64,000 nt of DNA from Octopus sinensis (lineage: Eukaryota), in NCBI RefSeq assembly GCF_006345805.1, contig NC_042998.1, positions 188,914,001 to 188,978,000 on the forward strand. The letters run 5' to 3'. Numbering within the stretch: position 1 is the stretch's first letter; each line of letters starts with the position of its first letter. The position numbers and the translations under genes are program-made. Below, piece by piece: positions 43,636 through 57,116 of this stretch. The notes below the pieces were generated by a model that had not been told where the DNA came from, ran no database searches, and saw only the letters and a list, made by a program, of their open reading frames with translations.

Positions 43636-43857
43636 TTTGATACCTAGGTAGATAATTGATATAGTTTGGTAGTTTGATTGTCTGGCAGAGCTATATGTAC
43701 TTATATATTTGTTTTGTATGTATCCATACATATAGATGAGTGTGTGTGAGCGTATGTACACATACATACATACACCTACACACATATGCACTCAAATGTG
43801 CACACACACACACATATATGTATACAAATTTATACATATATATTAAAATACATAATG

Positions 43858-43870
43858 TTATTATTATTAC

Positions 43871-43912
<42 letters not shown>

Positions 43913-44345
43913 CATTATTATTTAATCTGCATGTTTGTTACAATCATTTGCCGTGACACACCTAGCGTCCTAGGGCGAGTGAAGGATAAGAGATGTTACA
44001 GTATGACTGAAAGCTTGGCAGGGGTTTTGGCAGGAGCAGTAGCGAAATGTCTTCATGTAATACAACAGAGACATTTAAATTGGTAGTGTTTTTCTAAGGA
44101 TGTGGGCAGTACTTGTCAGCATAATCTTTTGGACGTTATCTAGATATTTCTGGGACATTATCTAGATGTTTCTGGGACATTATCTGACATCCCATTTTTA
44201 TCATACCTAGGGTACCCGCAATAACAGGAACAGTTCTCGCTTTAAGATGCCACGTCTTTTGTATTTCAATTTCCTTATATTTACTAAATTTGTCAAATTC
44301 CTTTACAGATATATTTTTATCAGCGTACACTTACATCTTTTAGTG
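43858..44345 (-). mobile_element. R4/Dong-type LINE 3' end with a (TAA)n tail or target
   Basis: DKNISVKEFDKFSKY..IQKTWHLKARTVPVIAGTLGMIK..TAHILRKTL* (REL C-terminus), then a 3'UTR and (TAA)n at 43858-43920. Confidence 0.78.
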
Positions 44346-44580
44346 TACAAGCAGTGTTGTTTTCTGCAAGTGCTCCGCCCTTATTGCAGCCCTATTTGTT
44401 CCATGTACTTCACGAGATTTTTTTTCCAGGGTTCCGACAATTAGTGGTACAATTACCACCTTTTTATCGACCACAACTGCTTTACCTCCCAAGCTAACCT
44501 GTCATACCTATCGACTTTTCTTTCTTCCTTATCGCATACCTTGTTGTCAGCTGGGCACGCCATATCTATGATCCTATTAT
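44346..44580 (-). mobile_element. Second, distinct REL-endonuclease 3' fragment (R4/Dong-type)
   Basis: IIDMACPADNKVCDKEERKVDRYDRLAWEVKQLW..VIVPLIVGTL..HLQKTTLL. Confidence 0.7.
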
Positions 44581-44582
44581 TG

Positions 44583-45511
44583 ACTGAGAGAGCAGTGCTG
44601 CCATCAAAGTGATTCTGGGGTAAAATATACGAAGCTCAGATCATGACTACCCGTCTGATAAAGGTACACCAGGTACATACATCACAAACATGTGTGCGCG
44701 ACATGGTGATCCCATATCAAGACAAACAGCACATGACCTTGCAGGTGGAGCCCAATTAGAATTTTATTCAGGTCGAGTAACCCATCCCGCTCAAAAGGTC
44801 CCTGAATAAGGGTTGTTTAAGGATGTTGAGCGAAACACCCATGTTTCCAGAGGTGAATTACTCAAACCATAAAGAAGTCCTCTCAACACATAGCTATGAT
44901 GCTCCCCCACTACTTCTGCTCGTGATCAGAGATGCACATATCGTCAGCCACTATGAGACATGCTCAACTGGTTAAGGTCAAGCAACTAACAAGCAAATCT
45001 GTGGTACTGAGCAGAATATTTGATAACATTTCCAATAAGTTAAGACCAGAAGCCATTAGAGCCAGTACTACTACTACTACTACTATTAAAGTGACACCGG
45101 AGTGAAATATACGAAGCTCAGTATACCCATCATGGCTACCCGTCTAATAAGGGTACACCAGGCACATGCATCAAAACCATATGTGGGCGACATGGTCATC
45201 TCATATCAAGTTAGACAGCGCAAGACCTTGCAGGTGAGTCCCAGTTAAAGTTTTCTTCGGGATCAGTAGCCCATCCCGCTCAAAAGGTCTCTGAATAAGG
45301 GTTGTTTAAGGATGTTGGACGAAACACCCATGTTTCCAAAGGTGAATTATCCAAACCCCAAAGAATTCCTTTCAACACATGGCTATGATGCGTCCCCTCT
45401 ACTTCTGCTTGTGATAAGAGATGCACATATTGTCAGCAACTAAGGGACATGCTCAACCAATTAAGGTCAAACAACTGATTATTATTATCATTATTATTAT
45501 TATTATTGTTA

Positions 45512-45559
<48 letters not shown>

Positions 45560-45580
45560 TATTATTATTATTATTATTTA
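44583..45580 (+). mobile_element. Two diverged tandem copies of a ~400-490-bp retroposon-like repeat with microsatellite tails
   Basis: 44583-45085 ends in (TAC)n; 45087-45478 is followed by (ATT)n. They share blocks such as CCATCCCGCTCAAAAGGTC.CTGAATAAGGGTTGTTTAAGGATGTTG. Confidence 0.6.
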
Positions 45581-45710
45581 AAACAGTTTGATTCGGCCCC
45601 ATGCAACTTAATGTTTCGTTGACTCGTTACAGTAACCTTATCCGGTGGGCTGGCCAATGGCATATAGAGGTGTGTGTGTACATGTATGTATGTATATACA
45701 TATATGTGCG

Positions 45711-45784
<74 letters not shown>

Positions 45785-45812
45785 TATATACGTGTATATA
45801 TATGTATATGTG

Positions 45813-45846
<34 letters not shown>

Positions 45847-46207
45847 TGTATGTATGTATGTATACTCAGTCGTATAACTACATATTTATAATACAAATGT
45901 AGAAGCTTCGAGAACTATGCAAATAAATCATTTTAACGGTGTTTTTTCTATACCTATAACAGACGTGCTAACAACCAATTACGCTAAAGTAACCTTCAGT
46001 CTTCATTCTATCAAATTTGATGGAAAGGAAATCGATGATATGCAGCATTTACCCCCAACTATAACGCAAATGTCTCTCCCTTCAGATAAATGCATGCACA
46101 ATCATGACGGCCGACATTGCACGCAGGCTTATGGCTCTTCTGACCATCGACAGAGATACAACGTTTTTAAATGTCTGGCAAACATATGTTTTTCAACATA
46201 AACACCT

Positions 46208-46295
<88 letters not shown>

Positions 46296-46304
46296 GACTA
46301 ATTT

Positions 46305-46440
46305 ATGTTCTGAGTTCAAATTCTGTTATGGTCAACTTTGTTTTTCATCCTTTCAGGGTTGATGAAATAAGTACCAGTTGTGTCCTGGGGTTGATGTAAG
46401 CAAGTAGCCCTCTATCATACCAAATTTCAGGCCTTATGCC
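46305..46440 (+). mobile_element. SINE family A, diverged partial copy
   Basis: TCTGAGTTCAAATTC...TTTCATCCTTTCAGGGTTGATGAAATAAGTACCAG. Confidence 0.6.
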
Positions 46441-46737
46441 AATTGTATGAAAAAAATATATGTAAAACGTTAGTAATGAATGTAAAAAATATGTAAGAGT
46501 GTACAATATTTAGATAAAGGGTTCTATAACCAACCAATGCTTAACATTCAAATATGTTTAATATCAGAAAAACAAGATGCATGTTAAAAAAGTGATCGTC
46601 CCAGTTCGAAGGTTTGTAATGGACGCAGGTTCGTGTGTCAAATAGCTAGCTTGAGGCGGTGGCCTCTTGGAGCTAATCAGCGACAGCTTTAGTCTTATAT
46701 TTATAAGACTGCCATATTAGTATGGCGATAACTATTA

Positions 46738-46779
<42 letters not shown>

Positions 46780-47799
46780 ACGCAGTTTGGTACAGATTGA
46801 TGGATGGATGGATGGATGGATAGATGGAGGTATCACGCACACTCACAAACTACATACAGCTACTAATTCCGATTATGCACCGAAAATAATTATGCGGATC
46901 TCGTTTCCATTTTCTCTTAAAACTTTTAGATTTTAATAAATGATTATCTCATCTGTTTAGAGCTTCTAGAAGAATAAATTATATACCATTTTCAACATAT
47001 TTTTATTGCTTTTCCACTTTTATTGCTAATTAACACATCCATATCAGTGTTCTAATGGGACCATCTTTAGGATAATAAAATCTTGAAAACATCCCACCCA
47101 GCATAAATCCACTCTCGAGCAATATCTCCTCTCTTGTAAAATGGACCGGAAAAAGTTATTTGATTCAGTTTAATATCTGCAGGAATATTTGTTTCTAATT
47201 TTGGCACAAAGCCAGCAATTTAATGAAGGGCCTAGTCATTGAACTCAATAGTTTATATTTTACTTAACGACCAAGAAACAGTGAAAGGTAAAGCTAACCC
47301 TGGAAGGATTTGGAGTCTGCCTTTCATCTTTTCGATGTCGATGAAATAAGTAACAGTTGAACACTGGGGCCGAATAAATCGACTTGCTTCTACCATCAAA
47401 GCAGTTGGCCAAGTGTTAAAACTGACATCTAAATGAGCCAATATTATGTGGCTGTAGGCAGGTGACAAGAGCTGAGACAATGCACTTGCCTTTGATGCGC
47501 CAGGGTAATCTCAGCTTGTATGTAGTGCGCTTTGAATACCTTATTGGTACCTTCATTTTCGGAGTCCATTCTTGTTCAGTATGTAGTTTTGTTTTAGCGC
47601 TATTTACTAGGGTTGTGCCGAAAGTAATGTGAGTGTAGGCTTAACTTATTTTTATTTACATAGGTTATTCAAATCGCACATGTTGTTAGAATAACTTTTC
47701 CGCTATAATATCTCTTCATCATGTTCTCTCTTATTGTAAGTAAATAATAAGTACCGTCATTGAGTTCTTGAGGAGAGGAAGCTGTCCGATAACGAAAGA

Positions 47800-48680
47800 A
47801 ACCTACAAGTTGTTTAAGGAGATTAACAAGAGCAAGATTTACAGATAGATGAAGATGCTTAAATGAAAGTGAGCAAGCACTAAAAGAAACCATGCAGTGG
47901 GAGACCGTTAACTATGACCACTGACACGAATAGCCAGCGAGTGGACATACTGATTCGTACGGACGGATCAGTCATAATCAGCGAGTTGCTGCACAACTGG
48001 ATTGTAGTCACAATGCATTTAAGATGGTGGAACACTGGATATCAGGAAGAATGAGTTCCTCGACAGTTAACAACCTATTTGAAGGAGAGAGTTGTAGAAG
48101 TCTGCTTTCATCTGCTGGAAGTTTTTGAAGCCAAAGCAGACGTGTTTTACCGACAGGGGATGAAACCTGGACATTTCTTTATGGCTCAAAAACGAAGGCT
48201 CAATCCATGTAATGGCGTCAAACTTCAACTCTAAGGCGTTAAAAGCTAAAAAAAAAAAAAAAAAAAACAGGGATCAACACAGAAAGTCATGGTGTTTGAG
48301 GAACGACAAGACCGTCATTTTTCTTGATTTCTGGAACATAGCTACACTGCGAACAGCGAACGGCACATTGAAGCATTCAGAAAGCTTAAAATTATCCCCA
48401 TTCACCATGACAATGCATGACAGCATACATCTTTGGTAACAACACTCAAATAATCAGAAAATTAGAGAAGTCAACGGTCTTCCATTCACCTTACAACCTT
48501 GATCTGGTACTCTCTGACTTCCATCTGTGCTCTCCAACGAAGAATAGCTTTCAGGGACAAAAGTTTTATGAGACAAACTAGGTGAAAATGACTATGAAAA
48601 ACGTGGACACACCAGTGAAAAAGTGAATTTTTTCAAAGACGATTCAAGAGCTGGATTCAACGATGGTGCATGTGCATCGT
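47800..48680 (+). mobile_element. Highly decayed mariner-like remnant
   Basis: TGDETW-like motif near 48155, HDN near 48405 and HSPYNLDLVLSDFHL near 48483. Confidence 0.65.
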
Positions 48681-49514
48681 TTGTGATACTAAATAGTGCC
48701 TCTACATACAGGAAGAGTTACTTTACTAGCAAGTGCAATTCGAATGACTGACGTGACGTAATACAAGAACGTATGCCATCTTTTCCATTACTTACGGTAT
48801 AACTCCTGTATTATTATCTGTCATAGCTTGTCTTTTTTGTTATTGTTGATCTTCCCGATCATTCAATGGAAATCCATAATTCTTGTTTATTGTTTTCGTT
48901 TGTATTTGGCCTTTGTTCTAATCCCGACGGATGGATTATTACTATCATTATAATTATTTTTAATTATAATACTTATAATTATAATACTTATAATTATAAT
49001 AATCATAATTATTTTTATTATAATTATAATTATCATTATAATTATTTTTGTCTTTGTTGTTATTACTGTTGTTGTTGTTGTTGTATTGTGGTTGCTATTG
49101 CTGCTGTTAGGGTTGGTGTTGTTGTTGTTGTTTTTTGTTAATAATATCATCATCGCCATCGTTCGCATCGTTCACATCACTCACTCTTTTGTCTTGAATC
49201 TCGCTTCACCGTTTTTTTTTTCTCCTATCTCTTATTTCATCTTCTCTCTTTACTTTCTCCAATTCAAAGGTGGGCGTCCCCTGCATCGTTCCACTACATC
49301 GCTTCAATGTCACCGATCAAGCTTCATACAAATTACGCGTGATTGCTCATGGCTCACAATAAAAAAAAACGAAGAAAGTTCCTTTTCATTGACACGTGGG
49401 AACGTCGAAATAACCACATACATAACAAAAAGTATTTCTCAAGGTATACAAGCATATCTTCCCAGCTATGACTTCTCTTTCTCTGTCTCTCTTCTTCTCT
49501 TTCTCCATCTCTCT

Positions 49515-49545
<31 letters not shown>

Positions 49546-49647
49546 CATATGTGTGTGTGTATTTATCCAAGTATATATATATATATATATACACACACAC
49601 ATATGTATACATGTGTATGTGTATAAATATATATATATATGTATGTA

Positions 49648-49684
<37 letters not shown>

Positions 49685-49801
49685 CAGATCCCTAGAAGTA
49701 GCATTAGCTCTGATCTTGGAACCTAATGGTTGACCAACTATGGTACTTACCCAGCGTACCTATTCGTTTAGATCACAAGTGAACTAAACTCCTCATATTC
49801 G

Positions 49802-49881
<80 letters not shown>

Positions 49882-49890
49882 AATCCACTA

Positions 49891-50085
49891 AGAAGGCTAT
49901 GGTCAGTCAGATTCTATAGTCGAAGACACTTGACACTTGCCCAAGGTACCTGGTTTGTTCGGCAAAAGAAACCGATAGAATAAACACCAGGCTTAAAATA
50001 TAAGTACTGGTGTCGATTTGTTAGACGGTGCTCCTGTATGGCTGCAGTCCAATGACTGAAACAAGTATATGATAAAAGATAAAAG
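49891..50085 (-). mobile_element. SINE family B, internally deleted
   Basis: CAAATCCACT..GAAGACACTT..GCCCAAGG joined to GCCGAAC-like and 3' blocks. Confidence 0.65.
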
Positions 50086-50798
50086 ATATGCACATACATA
50101 CATACATACATACATACACACAGCCACACACACACACACACACACATACACACATACATACATACATACATACATACATACATACATACATACATACATA
50201 CATACATACATACATAACGATTGGAAAAGTCGTTGATGTGTCTGTCTATGAATCTTTGAAACGGTTACAATAAAGCTCAATGTAATCTGTTCGGAAATCC
50301 TACTATGCTGAAATAATGAAGTTTTAATACGAAGCTAAATTCCTCATGCCAAATATAAAACTATTTTAATTAATAGTTATGAAATAATTGGATGATAATA
50401 AACTGATGTGAACATCGATCTTTGGACAGAGTGATTTATGTTCTTTAAACTTAGATCTTTATTTCAATCTTCGATGAATTTATTCAAATCGCACCAGTGT
50501 AAAGCTTGCCTTTTTCACCTCCAGTATTTATCAATTAATTTCCAATTATATAGTTGCATCTATTGCATCAATTATATTGGCCTTATAAACCCACGAAGCA
50601 GTGGGTTCATAAGCTGTGAACCAAGTACCATAAAACATATAGTTTGACAACTGTTCAGCGATGCATGCCACATATTCCTTGTAATAAGACATACAGCTCT
50701 TGCATTTCAATGAATAACACTGGAGAAAGTAACATTTTTTTTAACCAATTGGAAATGGAAATTATACTGCACCATCAGAGCATATTTAATGTGCGATC

Positions 50799-51123
50799 GT
50801 CAGGGCGCGTGGCTTAGTGGTTAGGGCATTCGGCTCATGATCGTAAGGTTGTGAGTTCGATTCCCGGCGACGCGTTGTGTCCTTGAGCAAGACACTTTAT
50901 TTCACGTTGCTCCAGTCCACTCAGCTGGCAAAAATGAGTTGTACTTGTATTTCAAAGGGTCAGCCTTGTCACTCTCTGTGTCACGCTGATTATCCCCGAG
51001 AACTACGTTAAGGGTACACGTGTCTGTGGAATGCTCAGCCATTTGTACGTTAATTTCACGAGCAAGCTGTTCCGTTGATCGTATCAGCTGGGACCCTCGT
51101 CGTCGTAACCGGCGGAGTCTTTC
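50799..51123 (+). mobile_element. SINE family C (tRNA head, CORE-like GTGTCCTTGAGCAAGACACTT)
   Basis: A box TGGCTTAGTGG, B box GAGTTCGATTCC; 12-bp TSD TAATGTGCGATC (50787-50798 and 51124-51135). Confidence 0.88.
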
Positions 51124-51221
51124 TAATGTGCGATCAAAATGTACCCGATTTTATTTTTTCCCTCCAAAACCAGTGTCGCGTGGGCAAAATATCGGCAGGC
51201 ACGAAAGTTATCGTGCCGGTA

Positions 51222-51945
51222 GGCCGCATCAGTTGCATCTGTAATTCGCTTTATAAACGGAATGAAAACGCGCCTTTTTTAAAGCAAATTGTGACAGGTG
51301 ATGAGAAATGGATTATCTACCGAAATGTTCAGAGAAAGCGATCCTGGAGTAAGCGACATGAGCCACCCTTAGCCACTCCAAAAGCGGGTCTTCACCCTAA
51401 AAATGTCTTGCTTTGTGTCTGGTGGGATTGGAAAGGAATTCTGTACTATGAGCTTCTCCCAAGTAACCAGACAATTAATTCTGAGAAATACTGCACACAA
51501 CTGGACGAGTTAAAAGCAGAAATTCATGAGAAACGTCCAGAATTGGCCAACAGGAAGGGTGTTGTTTTCCCACATGATAATGCAAGACCGCATGTTTCTT
51601 TGGGAACCAGACAAAAATTACTGTAGCCCGGCTGGGATGTGTTACCCCGCCCTCCATATTCACCAGATATTGCTCCTTCGGATTTCCACTTATTCAGGCC
51701 TTTGCAGAATAGTCTTAATGGTAAAAATTTCAATTCCTTGGATGACGTAAAAAGATACCTTGATGAATTCTTTGCCATGAAACCACCTCAATTCTGGGAA
51801 GAGAGTATTTTCAAGTTAAAGGAAAGATGGAGACACATTGTGCAACGAAATGGGTCATATTTGGTTGATTAAAAATTTAATGGCTTGTATTTATTGACCT
51901 TTTTCTTTCCTTTAAAACTCGGCACGAACTTTCCGGACAACCCAA
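51222..51945 (+). mobile_element. Mariner transposon, 5'-truncated, DD34D catalytic domain with one stop
   Basis: IVTGDEKW, LLCVWWDWKG, HDNARPH and PPYSPDIAPSDFHLF motifs; right TIR ending CAACCCAA followed by TA. Confidence 0.92.
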
Positions 51946-52623
51946 TACATTATAATTTTCATCGGGTTAGATTTTATCTTCCATCATTTAAGACGTCAAT
52001 TGATTGAGTTGACTAAGTCCTGTCAGGAGGATTTAATCAACTTTAACTCTCCTTCTCTCTCTCTCCCTCTCTCTCTCCCTCTCCCTCTCCCTCTTTCTAT
52101 CTATCTATATGTCTGTCTATCTCTCAAAGTATCTATCTATGTCTCCTATTGTATGCAGTCAAAAGAAATCTATGTAGATCGGAGAAAGTAAGAGGGAGAC
52201 TGGATTCAAAAGGGAAAATTATTTTCAAGACCTGTATATAGTTAGGTGTCTATACTGGTGTATGTGATTTTATTGGCCTTGGTGAATATTGTGAATCCCG
52301 TAATCCATTGTATCTTCAGGATAGCTATGTATTTCGTGCAAGTATATATTTCAGCCTACTGATTCAAAAAGGGGCAACTCTGTAATCAGTAACTATTTCG
52401 ATAAATTTGTGTCCAGAACATCAGTCTGCCCATTCTGAAAGATTTAATTTTAATCGTTCGCTTAAAGAACAAACGCGCTTAGTTAGCAAAAATAATATAT
52501 GAATTAGAAAGTCTTCATTGAACATACCGAAAATAGATTAGTGTCCATGATAAGTGGTAAAAAAAGATACTTTAAAAAGTGATTTGTATATGGAAATGCT
52601 AAATGTCACAAAATATGCAAAAA

Positions 52624-53197
52624 GCTGGCAGAAACGTTAGCACGCCGGGCGAAATGCTTAGCGGTATTTCGTCTGTCGTTACGTTCTGAGTTCAAATTCC
52701 GCCGAGGTCAACTTTGCCTTTCATCCTTTCGGGGTCGATAAATTAAGTACCAGTTCCGCACTGGGGTCGATATAATCGACTTAATACCTATGTCTGTCCT
52801 TGTTTGTCCCCTCTGTGTTTAGCCCCTTGTGGGTAATAAAGAAATAGGTATTTCGTCTGCGTTACGTTGTGAGTTCAAATTCCGCCGAGGTCGACTTTGC
52901 CTTTCATCCTTTCGGGGTCGATAAATTAAGCACCAGTTACGCACTGGGGTCGATGTAATCGACTTAATACCTATGTTGTCCTTGTTTGTCCTCTCTGTGT
53001 TTAGCCCCTTGTGGGTAATAAAGAAATAGGTATTTCGTCTGCGTTACGTTGTGAATTCAAATTCCGCCGAGGTCGACTTTGCCTTTCATCCTTTCGGGGT
53101 CGATAAATTAAGTATCAGTTACGCACTGGGGTCGATGTAATCGACTTAATACCTATGTCTGTCCTTGTTTAGCCCCTTGTGGGTAATAAAGAAATAG
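52624..53197 (+). repeat. Tandem trimer of SINE family A
   Basis: One near-full copy followed by two ~180-bp copies that each restart at the internal GGTATTTCGTCTG. Confidence 0.88.
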
Positions 53198-54574
53198 GAT
53201 ATTATTATTGTTTCGTGAGACTATACTAAAACAAAAAGGCGAGGATTACTATTTTGAAAGTACTTCATTTTTCCGGATTCTAATGCTAGTACGCTACTAA
53301 ATTCTTTATAGAGGTGCAAACACATGGTTGGCGAACGCCAAAATATAAGGAAATTACTCATGTTGATCTTAGTCTGCGTCACATTTTTATTGGCGATAGG
53401 ATCCTTTCCAATTCCATTTATGCAGCTTTTGGCTCATAAGCCGAAAAAAATATGATCGTCACATTGTCTCATTTTCTTTCTTTTCAAATCTGAAGCTTTG
53501 CTCTAACGTAAGAAATCAATAGACTTACTGGGGAGACGGTGGAAGCTGGTAGATCTAGAGATGCTCAAAAGATTAATACAGACATTATGGCGATTACTGA
53601 TAACATTGTGGTGCTGATAGTACTGAGGGTGATGCGTTATGATCAAAAGTGACGGAAATATTTGAAGACAGACTTAGTCCGTAGAATCAAAAATATCTAT
53701 TATACTGTAGTAATGGTCTTTGGATGACTGAATTACATAGAAAACATTTACGAAAACAAATAATAAAACAAAATCGAAATGACTAAAATAATGCACCTAT
53801 GGTTGCCAGTATAAATGTCAAAAATCTACATAAAAAAAAGAACTATATATATACTTTGTTTTCCAGACTACCGTTAATAAATCTAATATAATTCTATCTA
53901 ATTTGTTTCTCATATCAGCGCCGCTACCAAAGGCTTTGCTGTAATGGTGTGAGCTTTTTTAATTTAATTTTGCAGATGAATCCACTGACCACTATTTATT
54001 GAATTGCAATCAACCGCAATTTTCATTGGTTGCTGCTAGCCGGAACTGACGAGATAGTACTCGGCCAATGGTTTGTTCTGCTTTGACTCACAATGCTGGA
54101 TGTATGGAATGTAAGAAAGATTTCGCTTTTGCGTAGTCATACAATAGGTCATAATGTCAAAAATAAGCTATTCTTAAACACTAACACAAAACTATCGCTC
54201 ACTCACACACAGGAACCTATCCACCACACCAACAAATTCTCATTCTTGATTTTATCTTCTGCATACGGATACAAATCTAAAGCTACGCTACTCATACACC
54301 CACGCACACGCACGCATGCGCACACACACTTAAAAACATATTCATGAGCATAAACATTTATTTTCACATTTAGATATTATATTCATCATACATACACATT
54401 AGAACATAAATGGTCATTATTACTTGCATAAAGGAAAAAGTGTTGTTTACCAATAACAAACACCTTCATATAGATACACTGATTCCATTTCACACATACT
54501 ACGCCAAATATGCATATCAGAAAACAAAGTTCACTTTCGCCATAAATATATATATAACCGTATATATATTGGTT

Positions 54575-54768
54575 TCAAATTTTGACACAATGCCAGCAAG
54601 TTCAGGGAAGAGGAAAGTCGTTTACATCGACCTCAGTGATCCACTGGTACTTATTTTATTAACCCCGAAAAGATGAAAGGCGGAATTTGAACTCAGCACA
54701 TAAAGACGTACAAAATGCCGCTAAGCATTTTGCCCGACGTGCTAACCGTACTGGCATCTCGCCGCCTT
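54575..54768 (-). mobile_element. SINE family A, diverged partial copy
   Basis: CTGGTACTTATTTTATTAACCCCGAAAAGATGAAAGGC and head remnants. Confidence 0.7.
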
Positions 54769-54789
54769 ATCTTATAAGAGTGTATATCA

Positions 54790-55800
54790 TTATCTTATGG
54801 TCACTACTCTTATCTAGTGTCCAGTACTCTGGTGCAGGAGTCATGTCTGTTATCTATTAAACAATTATCGTTGCCCGGTATCTAGTATTTTGATGTTTGG
54901 GCAGTACTATTATCCAGTGCTCAGAATTTTTATCTAGTCATAAGTGCGATCATGTAGTAGTCTTATCTAAAGGCCAGTACTGCTATAGATGTGGGGGCGC
55001 AATGGCCCAGTGGTTAGAGCAGCGGACTCGCGGTTTCGATTCCCAGACCGGGCGTTGTGAGTGTTTATTGAGCGAAAACACCTAAAAAGCTCCACGAGGC
55101 TCCGGCAGGGGATGATGGTGATCCCTGCTGTACTCTTTCACCACAACTTTCTCTCACTCTTACTTCCTGTTTCTGTTGTACCTGTATTTCAAAGGGCCGG
55201 CCTTGTCACTCTCTGTGTCACGCTGAATATCCCCGAGAACTACGTTAAGGGTGCACGTGTCTGTGGAGTGCTCAGCCGCTTGCACGTTAATTTCACGAGC
55301 AGGCTGTTCCGTTGATTCGGATCAACCGGAACCCTCATCGTCGTAACCGACGGAGTGCTTCCACCACTGCTATAGATAATAGTACTGTTAGTGAACACTG
55401 CTATTCTCTAGTGGTCAGTATTGTAACGCAGTGTTCAGTACTATTATGTAATGGCAGCTCTCTTCCCTAGTGACTAGTGCTATTATGTAATGGTCACTAC
55501 TGCTATAGCGTTATGCAGTGCTCACTACCATTATTTAGTGGTAACTACAGAAATATAGTACTCAGCATTCTTATCTATGGGTCATTACAGTTATCTAGTG
55601 GTCAGTACTGTGATGTAGTAGCCAGTGTTGCTATTTTGGGGTCAGAACTGTGTTGAAGTGGTAAGCAGTATTCAGAAGTGTTATCGATTTGTCAGTACTC
55701 TAATGGTTAGTACTAGTATCTAGTCGGTAATGTATTGTAGTGGTGAATATTGCTATTTAGAATACGAGTACAGTACTGTGATTTAGTGGCCTGTAGTGTT
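54790..55800. repeat. Decayed ~20-bp minisatellite, interrupted by a SINE
   Basis: Recurrent TAGTGGTCAGTACTGT.ATC-like units with a 20-bp period. Confidence 0.65.
54991..55365 (+). mobile_element. SINE family C-related copy
   Basis: Shares the 3' half with 50799-51123; TSD ACTGCTATAGAT (54979-54990 and 55366-55377). Confidence 0.82.
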
Positions 55801-55877
55801 TCTAAAAAGTCAATAATTGTTGGACGCTGAAACATTTTCCTGCACAAGAAAAGCAGAGCTAGCCATTGGGATACAGT

Positions 55878-56646
55878 GGTATTAATATCTCCAGTAAGGC
55901 GGCGATCTGGCAGAATCGTTAGCAGGCCGGGCGAAATGCTTAGCGGTATTTCGTCTGTCTTTACGTTCTGAGTTCAAATTCCGCCGAAGTCGACTTTGCC
56001 TTTCATCCTTTCGGGGTCGATAAATTAAGTACCAGTTATGCACTGGGGTCGATGTAATTGACTTAATACCTATGCCTATCCTTGTTTGTCCCCTCTATGT
56101 TTAGCCCCTTGTGGGTAATAAAGAAATAGGTATTAATATCTCCAGTAAGGCGGCGATCTGGCAGAATCGTTAGCAGGCTGGGCGAAATGCATAGCAGTAT
56201 TTCGTCTGCCGTTACGTTCTGAGTTCAAATTCCGCCGAGGTCGACTTTGCCTTTCATCCTTTCGGAGTCGATAAATTAAGTACCAGTTACGCGCTGGGGT
56301 CGATATAATCGACTTAATCCGTTTATCTGTCCTTGTTTGTCCACTCTGTGTTTAGCCCCTTGTGGGTAGTAAAGAAATAGGTATTAATATCTCCAGTAAG
56401 GCGGCGATCTGGCAGAATCGTTAGCAGGCTGGGCGAAATGCTTAGCAGTATTTCGTCTGCCGTTACGTTCTGAGTTCAAATTCCGCCGAGGTCGACTTTG
56501 CCTTTCATCCTTTCGGGGTCGATAAATTAAGTACCAGTTACGCGCTGGGGTCGATATATTCGACTTAATCCGTTTATCTGTCCTTGTTTGTCCCCTCTGT
56601 GTTTGGCCCCTTGTGGGTAGTAAAGAAATAGGTATCAATATTTCCA
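55878..56646 (+). repeat. Tandem trimer of SINE family A plus flank (251-bp period)
   Basis: Units start at 55878, 56129 and 56380, each beginning GGTATTAATATCTCCAGT. A similar sequence, GGTATCAATATTTCCA, follows the third unit. Confidence 0.9.
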
Positions 56647-56722
56647 TTCTTCCTACAGCTTACTTAGATATTACAATACTCGTCTTTTCAGAAAAATATG
56701 TCTATCTATCTTTATATTAATA

Positions 56723-57116
56723 CTAGCAGTATCGCCCAGCGTTGCTCGGGTTTGTAAGGGAAATAACTGTATAAGCAATTTTAGAGATGTAAAGTATAAT
56801 AGCCATCTCAATATGGCTAACCACAAAGGGGGCGGTTACTGTAGCTTTTTACGTTCTGAGATTTAATAATAAATTTTTAGAGAGTTACTTCCCTTATATA
56901 TGCCAAAAATGCATTAAAAATGGGAAAAATTGATGGTAATTTTTTTTTTAATCGTAGACTCATCGTAGACGCGCGCTAATACCCAGAAGGGCTCGATATG
57001 AATCACGACTATAAGATACCCGGTTTTGGTTAAACTGCACCGCAAAATGTGGGAGTAGTTAAGAATCTAAATCGTAGGAGACAGAGAGCACACAACCTTA
57101 CTTTTATATATAAAGA
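56723..57116 (-). mobile_element. Non-autonomous Helitron (same family)
   Basis: Same termini on the minus strand; internal sequence is the reverse complement of parts of 59070-59603. Confidence 0.8.

Noticed and set aside
44830-44955. CUGACGA...GAAAC on the minus strand of the dimeric repeat as a hammerhead
   Set aside because: Stem II cannot form and stem I is weak.
50803-50875. tRNA gene
   Set aside because: It is the tRNA-derived head of a SINE with TSDs, not a complete cloverleaf gene.
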